Of a stretch of 32,000 nt of DNA, positions 1 to 7,732 are shown one piece after another. Numbering within the stretch: position 1 is the first letter of the stretch; each line of letters starts with the position of its first letter. Under the pieces are notes generated by a model, which worked only from the letters and a program-made list of their open reading frames with translations, was not told the DNA's origin and did not search any database. The stretch is from Edaphobacter aggregans (GTDB lineage: Bacteria; Acidobacteriota; Terriglobia; Terriglobales; Acidobacteriaceae): contig NZ_RSDW01000001.1 of NCBI RefSeq assembly GCF_003945235.1, forward strand, positions 5,880,001 through 5,912,000. Reading direction: 5' to 3'. Both the position numbers and the translations under genes were made by a program.

Positions 1-1
1 T

Positions 2-280
2 TCGTACAGTCACTATTTATTCGAACAAGGACCTCAGATCTTTACCGACGTGAACGGCATAGCTGTGTTCACACCGGGATCGATCATCTTCCCGCAGGTT
101 GTTTCCGAAGACTTTGACACTTTTGACACTAACGTGTCGCAGGTGTACCACGGTTCCGGCGATACGCTAGTGATCACGCAGACCGATTCCTCTGTTCCCG
201 AGCCATCGAGCCTTGCTCTGCTTGGTACAGGGTTGGCCTGCGGGGCGGGCCTGGTTCGTCGGCGTCTCTTCGGGCAATAG
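2..280 (+). CDS. PEP-CTERM sorting-domain protein, C-terminal part (5' end upstream of window)
   Basis: The frame is open from base 2, with no stop before the GTG at 50 used by the ORF track. The C-terminus VPEPSSLALLGTGLACGAGLVRRRLFGQ* has a PEP motif, a hydrophobic helix and an Arg cluster, which is the exosortase sorting signal. Confidence 0.75.
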   Translation, partial: SYSHYLFEQGPQIFTDVNGIAVFTPGSIIFPQVVSEDFDTFDTNVSQVYHGSGDTLVITQTDSSVPEPSSLALLGTGLACGAGLVRRRLFGQ

Positions 281-302
281 GGAAACCAGAGATGCCGTCG
301 AC

Positions 303-337
303 TTGAACATCTTTCGCATCGGGGCGTACTGACGCAC
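303..337. repeat. Left arm of an imperfect direct repeat; a degenerate copy of an internal 3' segment of ffh
   Basis: TTGAACATCTTTCGCATC at 303-320 is identical to 2590-2607, and I counted about 30/35 matches over the extension. The minus-strand translation RQYAPMRKMFK matches Ffh RQYAQMRKMFK. Confidence 0.6.
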
Positions 338-350
338 CTGTGGGTTTGAG

Positions 351-369
351 GATGTATGGGCCACCCACC
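351..369 (+). repeat. REP-like motif copy (GATGTATGGGCCACCCACC)
   Basis: The same roughly 17-nt motif G-W-TGT-(A)-KGGSCACCCRC recurs at 897-913, 929-945 and 1011-1029, on both sides of the RAYT-like pseudogene. Confidence 0.5.
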
Positions 370-386
370 GGGTCAGGCCTGGGTGA

Positions 387-835
387 TCAGGACTGGGTTG
401 GTTCGTTCAGGAGATAGTGGCGATAGGATGACCAGGGGCCAGTCTTCTGGGCGGGAGACTAGGCCTCGAGTGACTGGATTGCGGTGCATGTACTTCAACT
501 TTTCTACTCGTTTGTTGTGAGTGATGACGTTGAAGTCGTAGTAGCGGGTTTGCCAGAAGGGGCGCTCCGTGAGGCGTCTTGAAACGGAGATCTTTAATGC
601 CTGCAGGGCTTTTGAGAGAGGGGCGACGGGAGGTTCGCTCACGAGGAGGTGAACGTGTTCGGGCATTGCGACGTAACCGAGGACGTCAAACTGGTAATGC
701 CTGCGGGCGTTCAAGAGAGTCGAGGACGATGTCTTTTGCGGACGAGGTGTTGAGGTAGGGTTTGCGGTGGTAACAACTGAAAGTGATGAAATGGTCGTCA
801 CCTTCCTGTTGGTATCGCTTGAGGCCCAGCGGCAT
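387..835 (-). pseudogene. REP-associated tyrosine transposase (RAYT / IS200-Y1 family), disrupted by two frameshifts
   Basis: Three minus-strand frames together give a complete RAYT. The first is MPLGLKRYQQEGDDHFITFSCYHRKPYLNTSSAKDIVLDSLER (ATG at 835). After a frameshift near 700-708 comes RRHYQFDVLGYVAMPEHVHLLV (HUH motif)...KLKYMHRNPVTRGLVSRPEDWP (catalytic Tyr region). After a frameshift at the C4 run near 438-441 comes WSSYRHYLLNEPTQS*, with the stop at 387-389. The 194-aa track ORF (373..957) is a read-through artefact at both ends. Confidence 0.7.
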
Positions 836-857
836 GGGTTGATTTTAGGGTGTCGGG

Positions 858-945
858 TTCGCGCCTTGCGCGAATGATCCCACATCTCAGAATCGAGATG
901 TGGGGCACCCACATTTTGGGGTTGGTTAGATGTGGGCCACCCGCC
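858..945. repeat. REP/BIME-like hairpin cluster just upstream of the RAYT pseudogene
   Basis: Hairpin 1 is TTCGCGC-ctt-GCGCGAA (858-874). Hairpin 2 is CCCACATCTC-agaatc-GAGATGTGGG (879-904). They are followed by two copies of the GATGTGGG(G/C)CACCC motif at 897-913 and 929-945. Confidence 0.55.
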
Positions 946-1010
946 ACTGCAAAACAACTGTAGGTTCTTTAACTTAGCGAGGGACGATCAGCTTGGGCCG
1001 TGAGGTTTTT

Positions 1011-1029
1011 GTGTATGGGCCACCCACCC
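1011..1029 (+). repeat. REP-like motif copy (GTGTATGGGCCACCCACCC)
   Basis: This is the fourth copy of the motif seen at 351, 897 and 929. Confidence 0.45.
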
Positions 1030-1078
1030 CGAGAAAAACTGCTGCAGGATGGGCCCAAAGAGAAGTAGTATTGCCGCC

Positions 1079-1576
1079 ATGAGAAAGCTGGGCGTCTTGG
1101 TAGGGATATTCGTGTTGTGCCCTGTGGCTGTCTCAGCCCAGTTGCTCAATGTGAAGATTATCCAACGGCAGAACGGGGAGACCCAGTACACATACCAAGT
1201 GGCAGGTCATTCAACATCCACCGGTAGTGGGAATGCTAACTGCTACAGCAGCGGAGACACGGTAAATTGCAACAGTTCCAGTAGTACTAACACAAGTACT
1301 ACAGCTCCGCAGATGATTTCATACAGTGTCGCTGGCGCCACGTACTCGCTGTTACTTCCCGATGGCCGAGTAGCTGTTGTGAACTGCACAAGCAAGTTCG
1401 CCGAACACTTCGCTGGGCCGGCGGGAAACAAACGGAGTTGCCGGATGCCAATTGTGGATAAGCTCCAAGCCGAGTTCAAAGGCAAGAACGCTAAGCTAAT
1501 TTGGCCGGTGAGCCTTGACGGCAAGAAGATGGAATCGGAGACTTACACAATTTTGGGTATTCTCCCCGCATCGTGA
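1079..1576 (+). CDS. Hypothetical secreted protein (signal peptide; Ser/Thr/Asn-rich; 4 Cys)
   Basis: The ORF is 1049..1576. The internal ATG at 1079 gives MRKLGVLVGIFVLCPVAVSA/QLL, a typical Sec signal. I recognised no family. Sampled lines have about 48% GC, well below the flanks. Confidence 0.55.
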   Translation: MRKLGVLVGIFVLCPVAVSAQLLNVKIIQRQNGETQYTYQVAGHSTSTGSGNANCYSSGDTVNCNSSSSTNTSTTAPQMISYSVAGATYSLLLPDGRVAVVNCTSKFAEHFAGPAGNKRSCRMPIVDKLQAEFKGKNAKLIWPVSLDGKKMESETYTILGILPAS

Positions 1577-1598
1577 GCGGGACAACTCCCGTTATTTC
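1577..1598 (+). terminator. Weak hairpin between convergent genes
   Basis: CGGGA-caac-TCCCG (1578-1591) is followed by TTATTTCC. The stem is only 5 bp, so this is tentative. Confidence 0.3.
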
Positions 1599-1615
1599 CA
1601 GTCAAGTTGGCGTTT

Positions 1616-2482
1616 TTATGTATCTCCCGAACCAACCCTCATCACTACGTCATTCATCGTGTAGTGAACGAATTGTTTACCCATCTCAGTGAGAACGTAC
1701 GCTTCTTTGTCATCGAACGCAGATTTCATCGTTCCGGCGGCCATACCCTTTGGAACTCTTTGTGCCTGTTTTCTTCTAAACTGTCCAAGCTGATTTACGT
1801 CGCGTTCCTGCCTTATGACGCCACCTGTGCTGAGATCACGAATAAGCAGCTTGAATAGGTCGGCTTCTGCCGAATCTTCTCGAACGTTTGTATTGTAGAG
1901 TTCCGTCCAAATATCGTGGCGGGTCGATCCAGGATTTTTCGAGATCTCTCTAATGACCGAAAAATGAGACTCGTGATAAAGCGCTAGCCAATCTATGAAG
2001 AGGCGAACCAGGTCATCAGAGCACAGCCGTGTTCCCCCTGAATTTGTAACTACGTTGGCGACATACTGACGCTTCTCGTCAGTATCGGCAGCATCCCAGA
2101 CGCGAAATGCTTTTCTAACGAGTTGCAGGTATTCCTCGCTTTCGATTCGTTCCTCAATGGAATTGCCGAGAGTCTGGAATCTTGCTTCTATTTCACCAAG
2201 AGTATTTTTTAGACGTTCGAGCTTTTTGTGATGCTCTTCAAGCCACTCGGTTTGAAGTTCATTCTCACGAAAGGTAGATTCATCAATTTGGAAACTAGCA
2301 AGAGCACTTATATATCCACCGACCCAAGGGATGCTGCTTAGTGCTGCGATGAAAAATTTATCTGCGAATCTTTTCCGACGTGTGCTTTGCGTATTCGCAA
2401 TGTCAGCGCGTAACGTGTCGATAGCTCCCTCAATGGGAGGATGGTCGGAAAGGTCTAACGTAATCGGATCATCGGGATTCAT
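1616..2482 (-). CDS. Hypothetical protein, orphan (288 aa from the ATG at 2482; the track start at 2488 is TTG)
   Basis: This is a long ORF in a low-GC stretch (about 42% on a sampled line). It has a hydrophobic segment FFIAALSSIPWVGGYISALASF, a charged heptad-like helix LQTEWLEEHHKKLERLKNTLGEIEARFQTLGNSIEERIESEEY, and a C-terminal half with no motif I recognise. It starts 26 nt downstream of the ffh stop codon on the same strand. Confidence 0.6.
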   Translation of the reverse strand: MNPDDPITLDLSDHPPIEGAIDTLRADIANTQSTRRKRFADKFFIAALSSIPWVGGYISALASFQIDESTFRENELQTEWLEEHHKKLERLKNTLGEIEARFQTLGNSIEERIESEEYLQLVRKAFRVWDAADTDEKRQYVANVVTNSGGTRLCSDDLVRLFIDWLALYHESHFSVIREISKNPGSTRHDIWTELYNTNVREDSAEADLFKLLIRDLSTGGVIRQERDVNQLGQFRRKQAQRVPKGMAAGTMKSAFDDKEAYVLTEMGKQFVHYTMNDVVMRVGSGDT

Positions 2483-2507
2483 TTTCAATCACGCTTTTAG
2501 TGGCCGA

Positions 2508-3893
2508 TCATCTGCCGAATTTTTGGCGGCCTTGCATTTGGCTCATCATGCGTTGCTGGGCTTTTAGGCCGCCGCCAGAGCCCATGGTTTTGAACATCTT
2601 TCGCATCTGGGCGTATTGGCGGAGGAGGTTGTTGACGTCTTGAACCGTCGTGCCGGAGCCTTTGGCGATGCGCTTGCGGCGGTTGCCGTTGATGATCTCG
2701 TGGTCCAGGCGCTCTTTTTGCGTCATCGAGTTGATGATGGATTCGACGCGGGTGAACTGGCCTTCGTCTACGTTGTCGATGGCTTGCGACATGCCCGCGA
2801 AGGGGCCTACCGAGGGGAGCATCTTGAGGATGGATTTCATGCTGCCCATCTTTTTGATCTGGCGGAGTTGGTCGCGGAAGTCTTCGAGGGAGAAGCCGTC
2901 GCCGGAGAGGGCCTTTTTGGCGAACTGCTCGGCTTTGCCGCGGTCGAGTTTTTCTTCGGCGCGTTCGATGAGGGTGGCGATGTCGCCGTGGCCCATGATG
3001 CGGGAGACGATGCGGTCGGGGTGGAAGGGCTCGAAGGCGTCGGGTTTTTCGCCGGTGCCGAGGAACTTGATGGGCGCGCCGGTGACGTGGCGGATGGAGA
3101 GGGCGGCGCCGCCGCGGGCGTCTCCGTCCATCTTGGTGAGGACGGCGCCGGTGATGGCGAGGTGGTCGTTGAAGGCCTTGGCGGAGTTGACGGCGTCCTG
3201 GCCGGTCATGGCGTCGGCGATGAAGAGGATCTCGGATGGGTTGAGGAGCTTTTTGAGCGCGGCCATCTCGGCCATGAGTGCGTCGTCGATGTGGTTGCGG
3301 CCTGCGGTGTCGACGATGAGGATGTCGCAGCCGTAGCTGGCGGCTTCGCGCTTGGCTTCGCGGGCGAGGCGGAGGACGGCGTCGGTGCCGGGGTTGGCTT
3401 CGGTGACCTTGCCCTCGTAGAGGCTGGCGTTGATGGAGCGGGCGACGATGGCGAGCTGCTCGCGTGCGGCGGGACGGTAGACGTCGACCGAGACGAGCAT
3501 GGGGCGGTGGCCAGCTTTTTTGAGCCACTGGGCTAACTTGCCGGAGGTGGTCGTCTTACCGGAGCCTTGCAGGCCGGCCATGAGGATGACGGATGGCGGC
3601 TGGGAGGATTTCTGAAAGCGGGCGGTGTCGCGGCCGAGGACGTTGACTAGCTCGTCGTGGACGATTTTGACGATCTGCTCGGTGGGGGAGAGGGCGGTGG
3701 CGACTTGCGAGCCGAGGGCGCGGGTGCGGATGTGCTCGATGAGCTCGGTGACGACGTCGAGGTTGACGTCGGACTCGAGTAGGGCGAGGCGGATCTCGCG
3801 GAGGGCCTCGGAGATGTTCTCGTCGGTGATGGAGCCCTGGCCACGGAGGTTCTTAAAGGATCGCTGGAGTTTGTCGCTGAGGTTTTCAAACAT
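2508..3893 (-). CDS. ffh: Signal recognition particle protein Ffh
   Basis: The N-terminus is MFENLSDKLQRSFKNLRG. GTPase motifs GLQGSGKTTT, DTAGR and TKMDGDARGG are present, followed by a Met-rich M domain (MRKMFKTMGSGG...MMSQMQG). Confidence 0.97.
   Translation of the reverse strand: MFENLSDKLQRSFKNLRGQGSITDENISEALREIRLALLESDVNLDVVTELIEHIRTRALGSQVATALSPTEQIVKIVHDELVNVLGRDTARFQKSSQPPSVILMAGLQGSGKTTTSGKLAQWLKKAGHRPMLVSVDVYRPAAREQLAIVARSINASLYEGKVTEANPGTDAVLRLAREAKREAASYGCDILIVDTAGRNHIDDALMAEMAALKKLLNPSEILFIADAMTGQDAVNSAKAFNDHLAITGAVLTKMDGDARGGAALSIRHVTGAPIKFLGTGEKPDAFEPFHPDRIVSRIMGHGDIATLIERAEEKLDRGKAEQFAKKALSGDGFSLEDFRDQLRQIKKMGSMKSILKMLPSVGPFAGMSQAIDNVDEGQFTRVESIINSMTQKERLDHEIINGNRRKRIAKGSGTTVQDVNNLLRQYAQMRKMFKTMGSGGGLKAQQRMMSQMQGRQKFGR
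2590..2624. repeat. Right arm of the direct repeat (inside intact ffh)
   Basis: See 303-337. This arm encodes ...RQYAQMRKMFK of Ffh. Confidence 0.6.
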
Positions 3894-3952
3894 GACTGAG
3901 CTTCATTTTATCAGCCGGAGGGGGTGGCGCTCCGGCATCGGGCAGGGGCAGG

Positions 3953-4234
3953 CTAGGTCGTTTTTGGGCCAGCTGTCTGTTTCGCTCGGCGTAAGAAGGT
4001 CATGGAGATGTAGGCGCCGATCCAAGACCCGATGGCGGCAAAGAGGACGTAGATCCAGTTTTTTGTGTAGCTGATGACGGCGAAGGCGGAGAGCAGGTAC
4101 CAGATGCTGCTCCATGTGGCTGCCGGGACTCGCCGCCTGGAGGATACGGCGGAGTTGAACTGGACGTAGACGGCGTCGGTGGCGGCGGTGGATGCCAGCA
4201 CACCTAGTGCCAGCCAGGAATCAAGGTGTGCCAT
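3953..4234 (-). CDS. Small hypothetical membrane protein (93 aa, about 3 hydrophobic helices)
   Basis: It starts with ATG. The hydrophobic segments are WLALGVLASTAATDAVYV, WSSIWYLLSAFAVISY and IYVLFAAIGSWIGAYISMTF, and the tail is basic. It lies directly upstream of ffh on the same strand. Confidence 0.55.
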   Translation of the reverse strand: MAHLDSWLALGVLASTAATDAVYVQFNSAVSSRRRVPAATWSSIWYLLSAFAVISYTKNWIYVLFAAIGSWIGAYISMTFLRRAKQTAGPKTT

Positions 4235-4318
4235 GATCCGTACCCCCCTTGATGGAGCTATTTTCTTTGCACTTATCTTATTTGTGCTGTGGGATTGAGG
4301 GTTACGGATGGCGGGCGC

Positions 4319-4918
4319 CTACCGGCGCAGGGTTCCCATGAGGGAGAGGTCGATCTGGACTTCTTTGTTGACCTTGATCATGAAGGTGCTGGGATCTTTG
4401 AGGCCCCACTGGATGTAGGGGACGGCAAAGGTGCCGATGGCGTGGAGCTGGTCGCCGTTGACCTGCATCTGCATGGGCACGTCGATTTCGTGAGGGGTGC
4501 CGAGAAGGGTGAAGGTTCCGTGGACGGTGACGGTGGAGTCGCCGGTGGCGTTGAAGGTTCCGGTGAAGCGGGTGGGGGCGAAGGTGATGGTTTTGAAGTC
4601 GGGCGCTTTGAGCTCGTCGTTGGTCATGCGGTGGTCGCGCATGGAGTTGCCGCTTTGGCCGCTGAGGGCGTCGACGACGATCGAGCCGGAGGCTTTGCCG
4701 GTGGCGGGGTCGAAGGCGATGTCTCCCTGCTGGATGTGGAAGGTGCCGTGAACGACGTGGAGGGTGTCGGTGAGGGTGAAGTGGACTTCGCTGCGGGTGG
4801 TGTCGAGGGTGAGTTTGTTCTGAGCGTGGAGGGCTGTTGTGGCGGCTGCCAGCAGGAGTGCGGTTCGCAGGAGTTTGCTCGAGATGGAGGGGCGGGGTGA
4901 GCGGAGGATTTGGAGCAT
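4319..4918 (-). CDS. YceI-family periplasmic (polyisoprenoid-binding-like) protein
   Basis: The signal peptide ends ...LLLAAATTALHAQ. YceI-like blocks are present: SEVHFTLTDTLHVVHGTF, SIVVDALSGQSGNSMRDHRM, FKTITFAP, VTVHGTFTLLGTPHEI and IDLSLMG. Confidence 0.8.
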   Translation of the reverse strand: MLQILRSPRPSISSKLLRTALLLAAATTALHAQNKLTLDTTRSEVHFTLTDTLHVVHGTFHIQQGDIAFDPATGKASGSIVVDALSGQSGNSMRDHRMTNDELKAPDFKTITFAPTRFTGTFNATGDSTVTVHGTFTLLGTPHEIDVPMQMQVNGDQLHAIGTFAVPYIQWGLKDPSTFMIKVNKEVQIDLSLMGTLRR

Positions 4919-4948
4919 GCGCGGCTTGGATTCCTTAGGGATCGGGGT

Positions 4949-6334
4949 TTAGATGCGGACTGCGCGTTGAGCGAGATTGATAGCGTCGGACCAGAAGCTG
5001 GTGGAGGAGTGGACGGTTTCCATGACGGCTTCGATGGCGTCGAGGTAGTGGCCGAGCTGGTCTTCGGTGATGACGAGCGGCGGTGCGATTTTGATGACCA
5101 TGAAGTTATTGCCGCACATCTGGGAGAGGATGTTGTGGTGTTGGAAGAGTCGCATGACGAGCATTTGGCCGAACATGCCGGGGTGGATGGCGCGGAAGGT
5201 CTGGAAAGGGATGCGAAGGCGGAGAGAGGTGGGCGGCTGCATGACGATGCCGTTGAGCAGGCCGAGGCCGCGGACTTCGGAGAACATTTCGAAGCGGCTG
5301 AGGCGCTGGCTTAGCTGGGCGCGGAGTTCGGTGCCAAGATATTCGGCGCGGGCGGCGAGGTTTTCGGATTCGACGACATCAAGGGTGGCGAGGCCGGCGC
5401 GCATGGAGAGGGCGTTTTCGCTGAAGGTAGAGGTGTGGATGATGGATTTTTTGAGCGAGCCGTAAACGGATTTGTAGATGTCGTCGCGCATGAGGACGGC
5501 GGCGACGGGGACGAGGCCTCCGCTGAGGGCTTTGGCGAGGACGACCATGTCGGGTTGGACGTTGTCGCGGTGGCCTGCGATGAAGGTGCCGGTGCGTCCG
5601 ATGCCGGTTTGGACTTCATCGAGAACGAAGAGGGCGCCGTGCTTTTTGCAGAGGCGCTCGACGGCGGCGAGGTAGCCTGGGGGCGCGGGGACGATGCCGG
5701 CTTCGCCCTGGAGGGGTTCGAGGACTACGGCAGCGATTTTATGTTGCTGCAGGGGGGCTTCGAGGACGGCGATGTCGCCGAAGGGGATCTCGTAGGTTTC
5801 GGGGAGCATGGGGCCGAAACCTTCTTTCCAGAAGGGGTCTCCCATGAGGGATAGAGCGCCGCAGGTGAGGCCGTGGAAGGCTCCTTTGGCGTAGACGATG
5901 CCGTTGCGTCCGGTGAAGACGCGGGCAAACTTGATGACGGCTTCGACGCCCTCGCTGCCTGAGCTGCAGAAGAAGGTTTTGGTGAGGTGAGGGCCGGTGA
6001 GGGAGGTGAGGCGCTCGGCGAGGGTGCCGGCGGTGTAGGCGATGTTGCTCTGCAGCATGACGGGGCCGGAGGTCTGGAGTTCGCGGATGAGGGCTTCGAC
6101 GATGTATGGGTGGTTGTGGCCAGTGTTGTGGACGCAGTAGCCGGAGAGGAAGTCGAGGATGGTGCGGCCGTCTTCGGTGTAGAGCTCGGTGCCGAGGCAG
6201 CGGCGGTACTTGATGTTCATGCCGAGGAGTTCGAGGAGGCGCGCCCACTCGGGATTGACGAACTGGCGGTATGTGGAGTCGGTGAGTTGGGGCGATGCGA
6301 GATCGGATTCGGATTGGAGAAGTTCTGTGGACAT
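4949..6334 (-). CDS. Class-III PLP-dependent aminotransferase (acetylornithine/GABA/putrescine aminotransferase family)
   Basis: Supporting motifs are GHNHP, FFCSSGSEGVEAVIKFAR, DEVQTGIGRTG and the PLP-lysine context VVLAKALSGG. Substrate cannot be assigned from sequence alone. Confidence 0.88.
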   Translation of the reverse strand: MSTELLQSESDLASPQLTDSTYRQFVNPEWARLLELLGMNIKYRRCLGTELYTEDGRTILDFLSGYCVHNTGHNHPYIVEALIRELQTSGPVMLQSNIAYTAGTLAERLTSLTGPHLTKTFFCSSGSEGVEAVIKFARVFTGRNGIVYAKGAFHGLTCGALSLMGDPFWKEGFGPMLPETYEIPFGDIAVLEAPLQQHKIAAVVLEPLQGEAGIVPAPPGYLAAVERLCKKHGALFVLDEVQTGIGRTGTFIAGHRDNVQPDMVVLAKALSGGLVPVAAVLMRDDIYKSVYGSLKKSIIHTSTFSENALSMRAGLATLDVVESENLAARAEYLGTELRAQLSQRLSRFEMFSEVRGLGLLNGIVMQPPTSLRLRIPFQTFRAIHPGMFGQMLVMRLFQHHNILSQMCGNNFMVIKIAPPLVITEDQLGHYLDAIEAVMETVHSSTSFWSDAINLAQRAVRI

Positions 6335-6536
6335 ATCCTGAGTTCCCTTAGCACGTAGGACTCGGGTGCGGGCGTTTCTGTTGGCAGGTTAGTGGAAAAG
6401 GATGGAAAAAACGAGGGTGGTGTTGTTGGAGTGTGATTGCCTGTGGGTTGGGAAGTGGCGATGGTGGTGCTAGCTAGGTGGGTACGGGGTTGGTGGTAAG
6501 CGGGTTTTCATGTGGGGAGGCGCGGATAATTAGACT

Positions 6537-7478
6537 ATGCAGGCTGCTGGTCAGACTTCGGGAAATGTGCAGATGGTGCGGGAGTATGGAGTCTATCTGC
6601 GCGTGGAGAAGGGTCTGAGGCCGGCAAGTTGCGAGTCGTATCAGCGGGATCTGGAACAGTTTGCTGAGCATGTTGAGGGGCGGGATGGGCTATTGGTCGG
6701 AGCCACGCAGGCTGATGTGAGCGGGTTTATGGAAGGGCTGCGAGGGCATGGGGTGGAGTCGCGGTCGATTGCGCGGAAGCTTAGTTGTCTGCGGGGGTTT
6801 TATCGGTGGCTGCTGATGGATAAGCGGATTCAGCATGATCCTACGGTGAATGTGGAGACTCCGGCTAGCTGGAAGATATTGCCGAAGAGCCTTGCTGAGG
6901 GCGAGGTGGGCGAGATGCTGGAGCGGACGGGTGTGGCTGCTCGGGCGGCGGATGCGGATGGGCTGGCGCTGCGGGATCATGCGATTTTGGAGTTGCTGTA
7001 TGCGGGTGGGTTGAGGGTGGGGGAGATCTGTGCGCTGCGGGTGGAGGATTTGCATCTGGATATGGCTCGGGCGCAGGTAAGAGGGAAGGGCGATAAGGAG
7101 CGGATTGTTCCGCTAGGACGGAGTGCGGTGGAGGCGTTGGAGCGGTATCTGGCGATGGGGCGGCCGGGGCTGGTAAGGGGCGGCGTGCAGCGGGCGCTGT
7201 TTTTGAGTGTGCGGGGGAATCCGCTGACGCGGCAGTGGGTTTGGGAGATGGTTCGGTCTGCTGCTCCGCTCGGCAATAAGGTTAGTCCGCATAAGCTTCG
7301 GCATAGTTGTGCGACACATATGGTCGAGCATGGGGCGGATTTGAGGAGTGTGCAGACGCTACTGGGGCATGCGGATATTGCTACGACTCAGGTGTATACC
7401 CATGTGGCGTTGGGGAGATTGAAGCAGGTGCATCGGGAGCATCATCCGCGAGGGAAGCGGCGGGTGGTAACGTCGTGA
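6537..7478 (+). CDS. xerD: Tyrosine recombinase XerD-like
   Basis: It has an N-terminal SAM-like domain (YLRVEKGLRPASCESYQRDLEQF) and catalytic blocks LLYAGGLRVGEICALR, HKLRHSCATHM and LLGHADIATTQVYTHV. The XerD-like tail is RLKQVHREHHPRG. Confidence 0.8.
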   Translation: MQAAGQTSGNVQMVREYGVYLRVEKGLRPASCESYQRDLEQFAEHVEGRDGLLVGATQADVSGFMEGLRGHGVESRSIARKLSCLRGFYRWLLMDKRIQHDPTVNVETPASWKILPKSLAEGEVGEMLERTGVAARAADADGLALRDHAILELLYAGGLRVGEICALRVEDLHLDMARAQVRGKGDKERIVPLGRSAVEALERYLAMGRPGLVRGGVQRALFLSVRGNPLTRQWVWEMVRSAAPLGNKVSPHKLRHSCATHMVEHGADLRSVQTLLGHADIATTQVYTHVALGRLKQVHREHHPRGKRRVVTS

Positions 7479-7480
7479 AG

Positions 7481-7732
7481 ATGTCAAGACGAATCGCGGT
7501 CTCGGCTGGACTGGCGGGGGTGATTGCTGTTTTGGCAACACTTCCGATGTTTGGTGTGCGGGGGCCTCTGACTGGACTCATCGTCTTTGCTCTTCCTGGC
7601 ATGAGTCTCGTCTCGGCGCTGCTCGGGGATCTGCATACGCATGTCGCGATAGTGACCTTGATTGCAACGTGGATTATCTATCTAGCGATCTTCTTAGCTA
7701 TAACGAAGATTTGGAGGTTGCTTCTTGCATAA
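7481..7732 (+). CDS. Small hypothetical membrane protein (83 aa) between xerD and xerC
   Basis: The ATG at 7481 is 2 nt after the xerD stop. The sequence [24 protein letters not shown]...[17 protein letters not shown]...[20 protein letters not shown] gives 3 hydrophobic helices. Its end overlaps the xerC start by 8 nt. Confidence 0.5.
   Translation: MSRRIAVSAGLAGVIAVLATLPMFGVRGPLTGLIVFALPGMSLVSALLGDLHTHVAIVTLIATWIIYLAIFLAITKIWRLLLA

Noticed and set aside
373-957. The 194-aa track ORF taken as an intact transposase gene
   Set aside because: Only its middle part is RAYT-like. Its N-terminal third reads through the REP hairpins in the wrong frame, and the C-terminal tail is also out of frame. 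I reinterpreted it as a pseudogene with two frameshifts (387..835).
2497-3536. 343-aa (-) and 306-aa (+) ORFs overlapping ffh
   Set aside because: These are alternative frames of ffh with extreme R/P/H or G/A/V/D composition, so they are artefacts of high GC.
3894-3952. The hairpin GCCGGAG-N9-CTCCGGC between the 93-aa ORF and ffh, as a terminator
   Set aside because: The stem is 7 bp with a 9-nt loop and no following U-tract on the transcribed strand, which is too weak to call.
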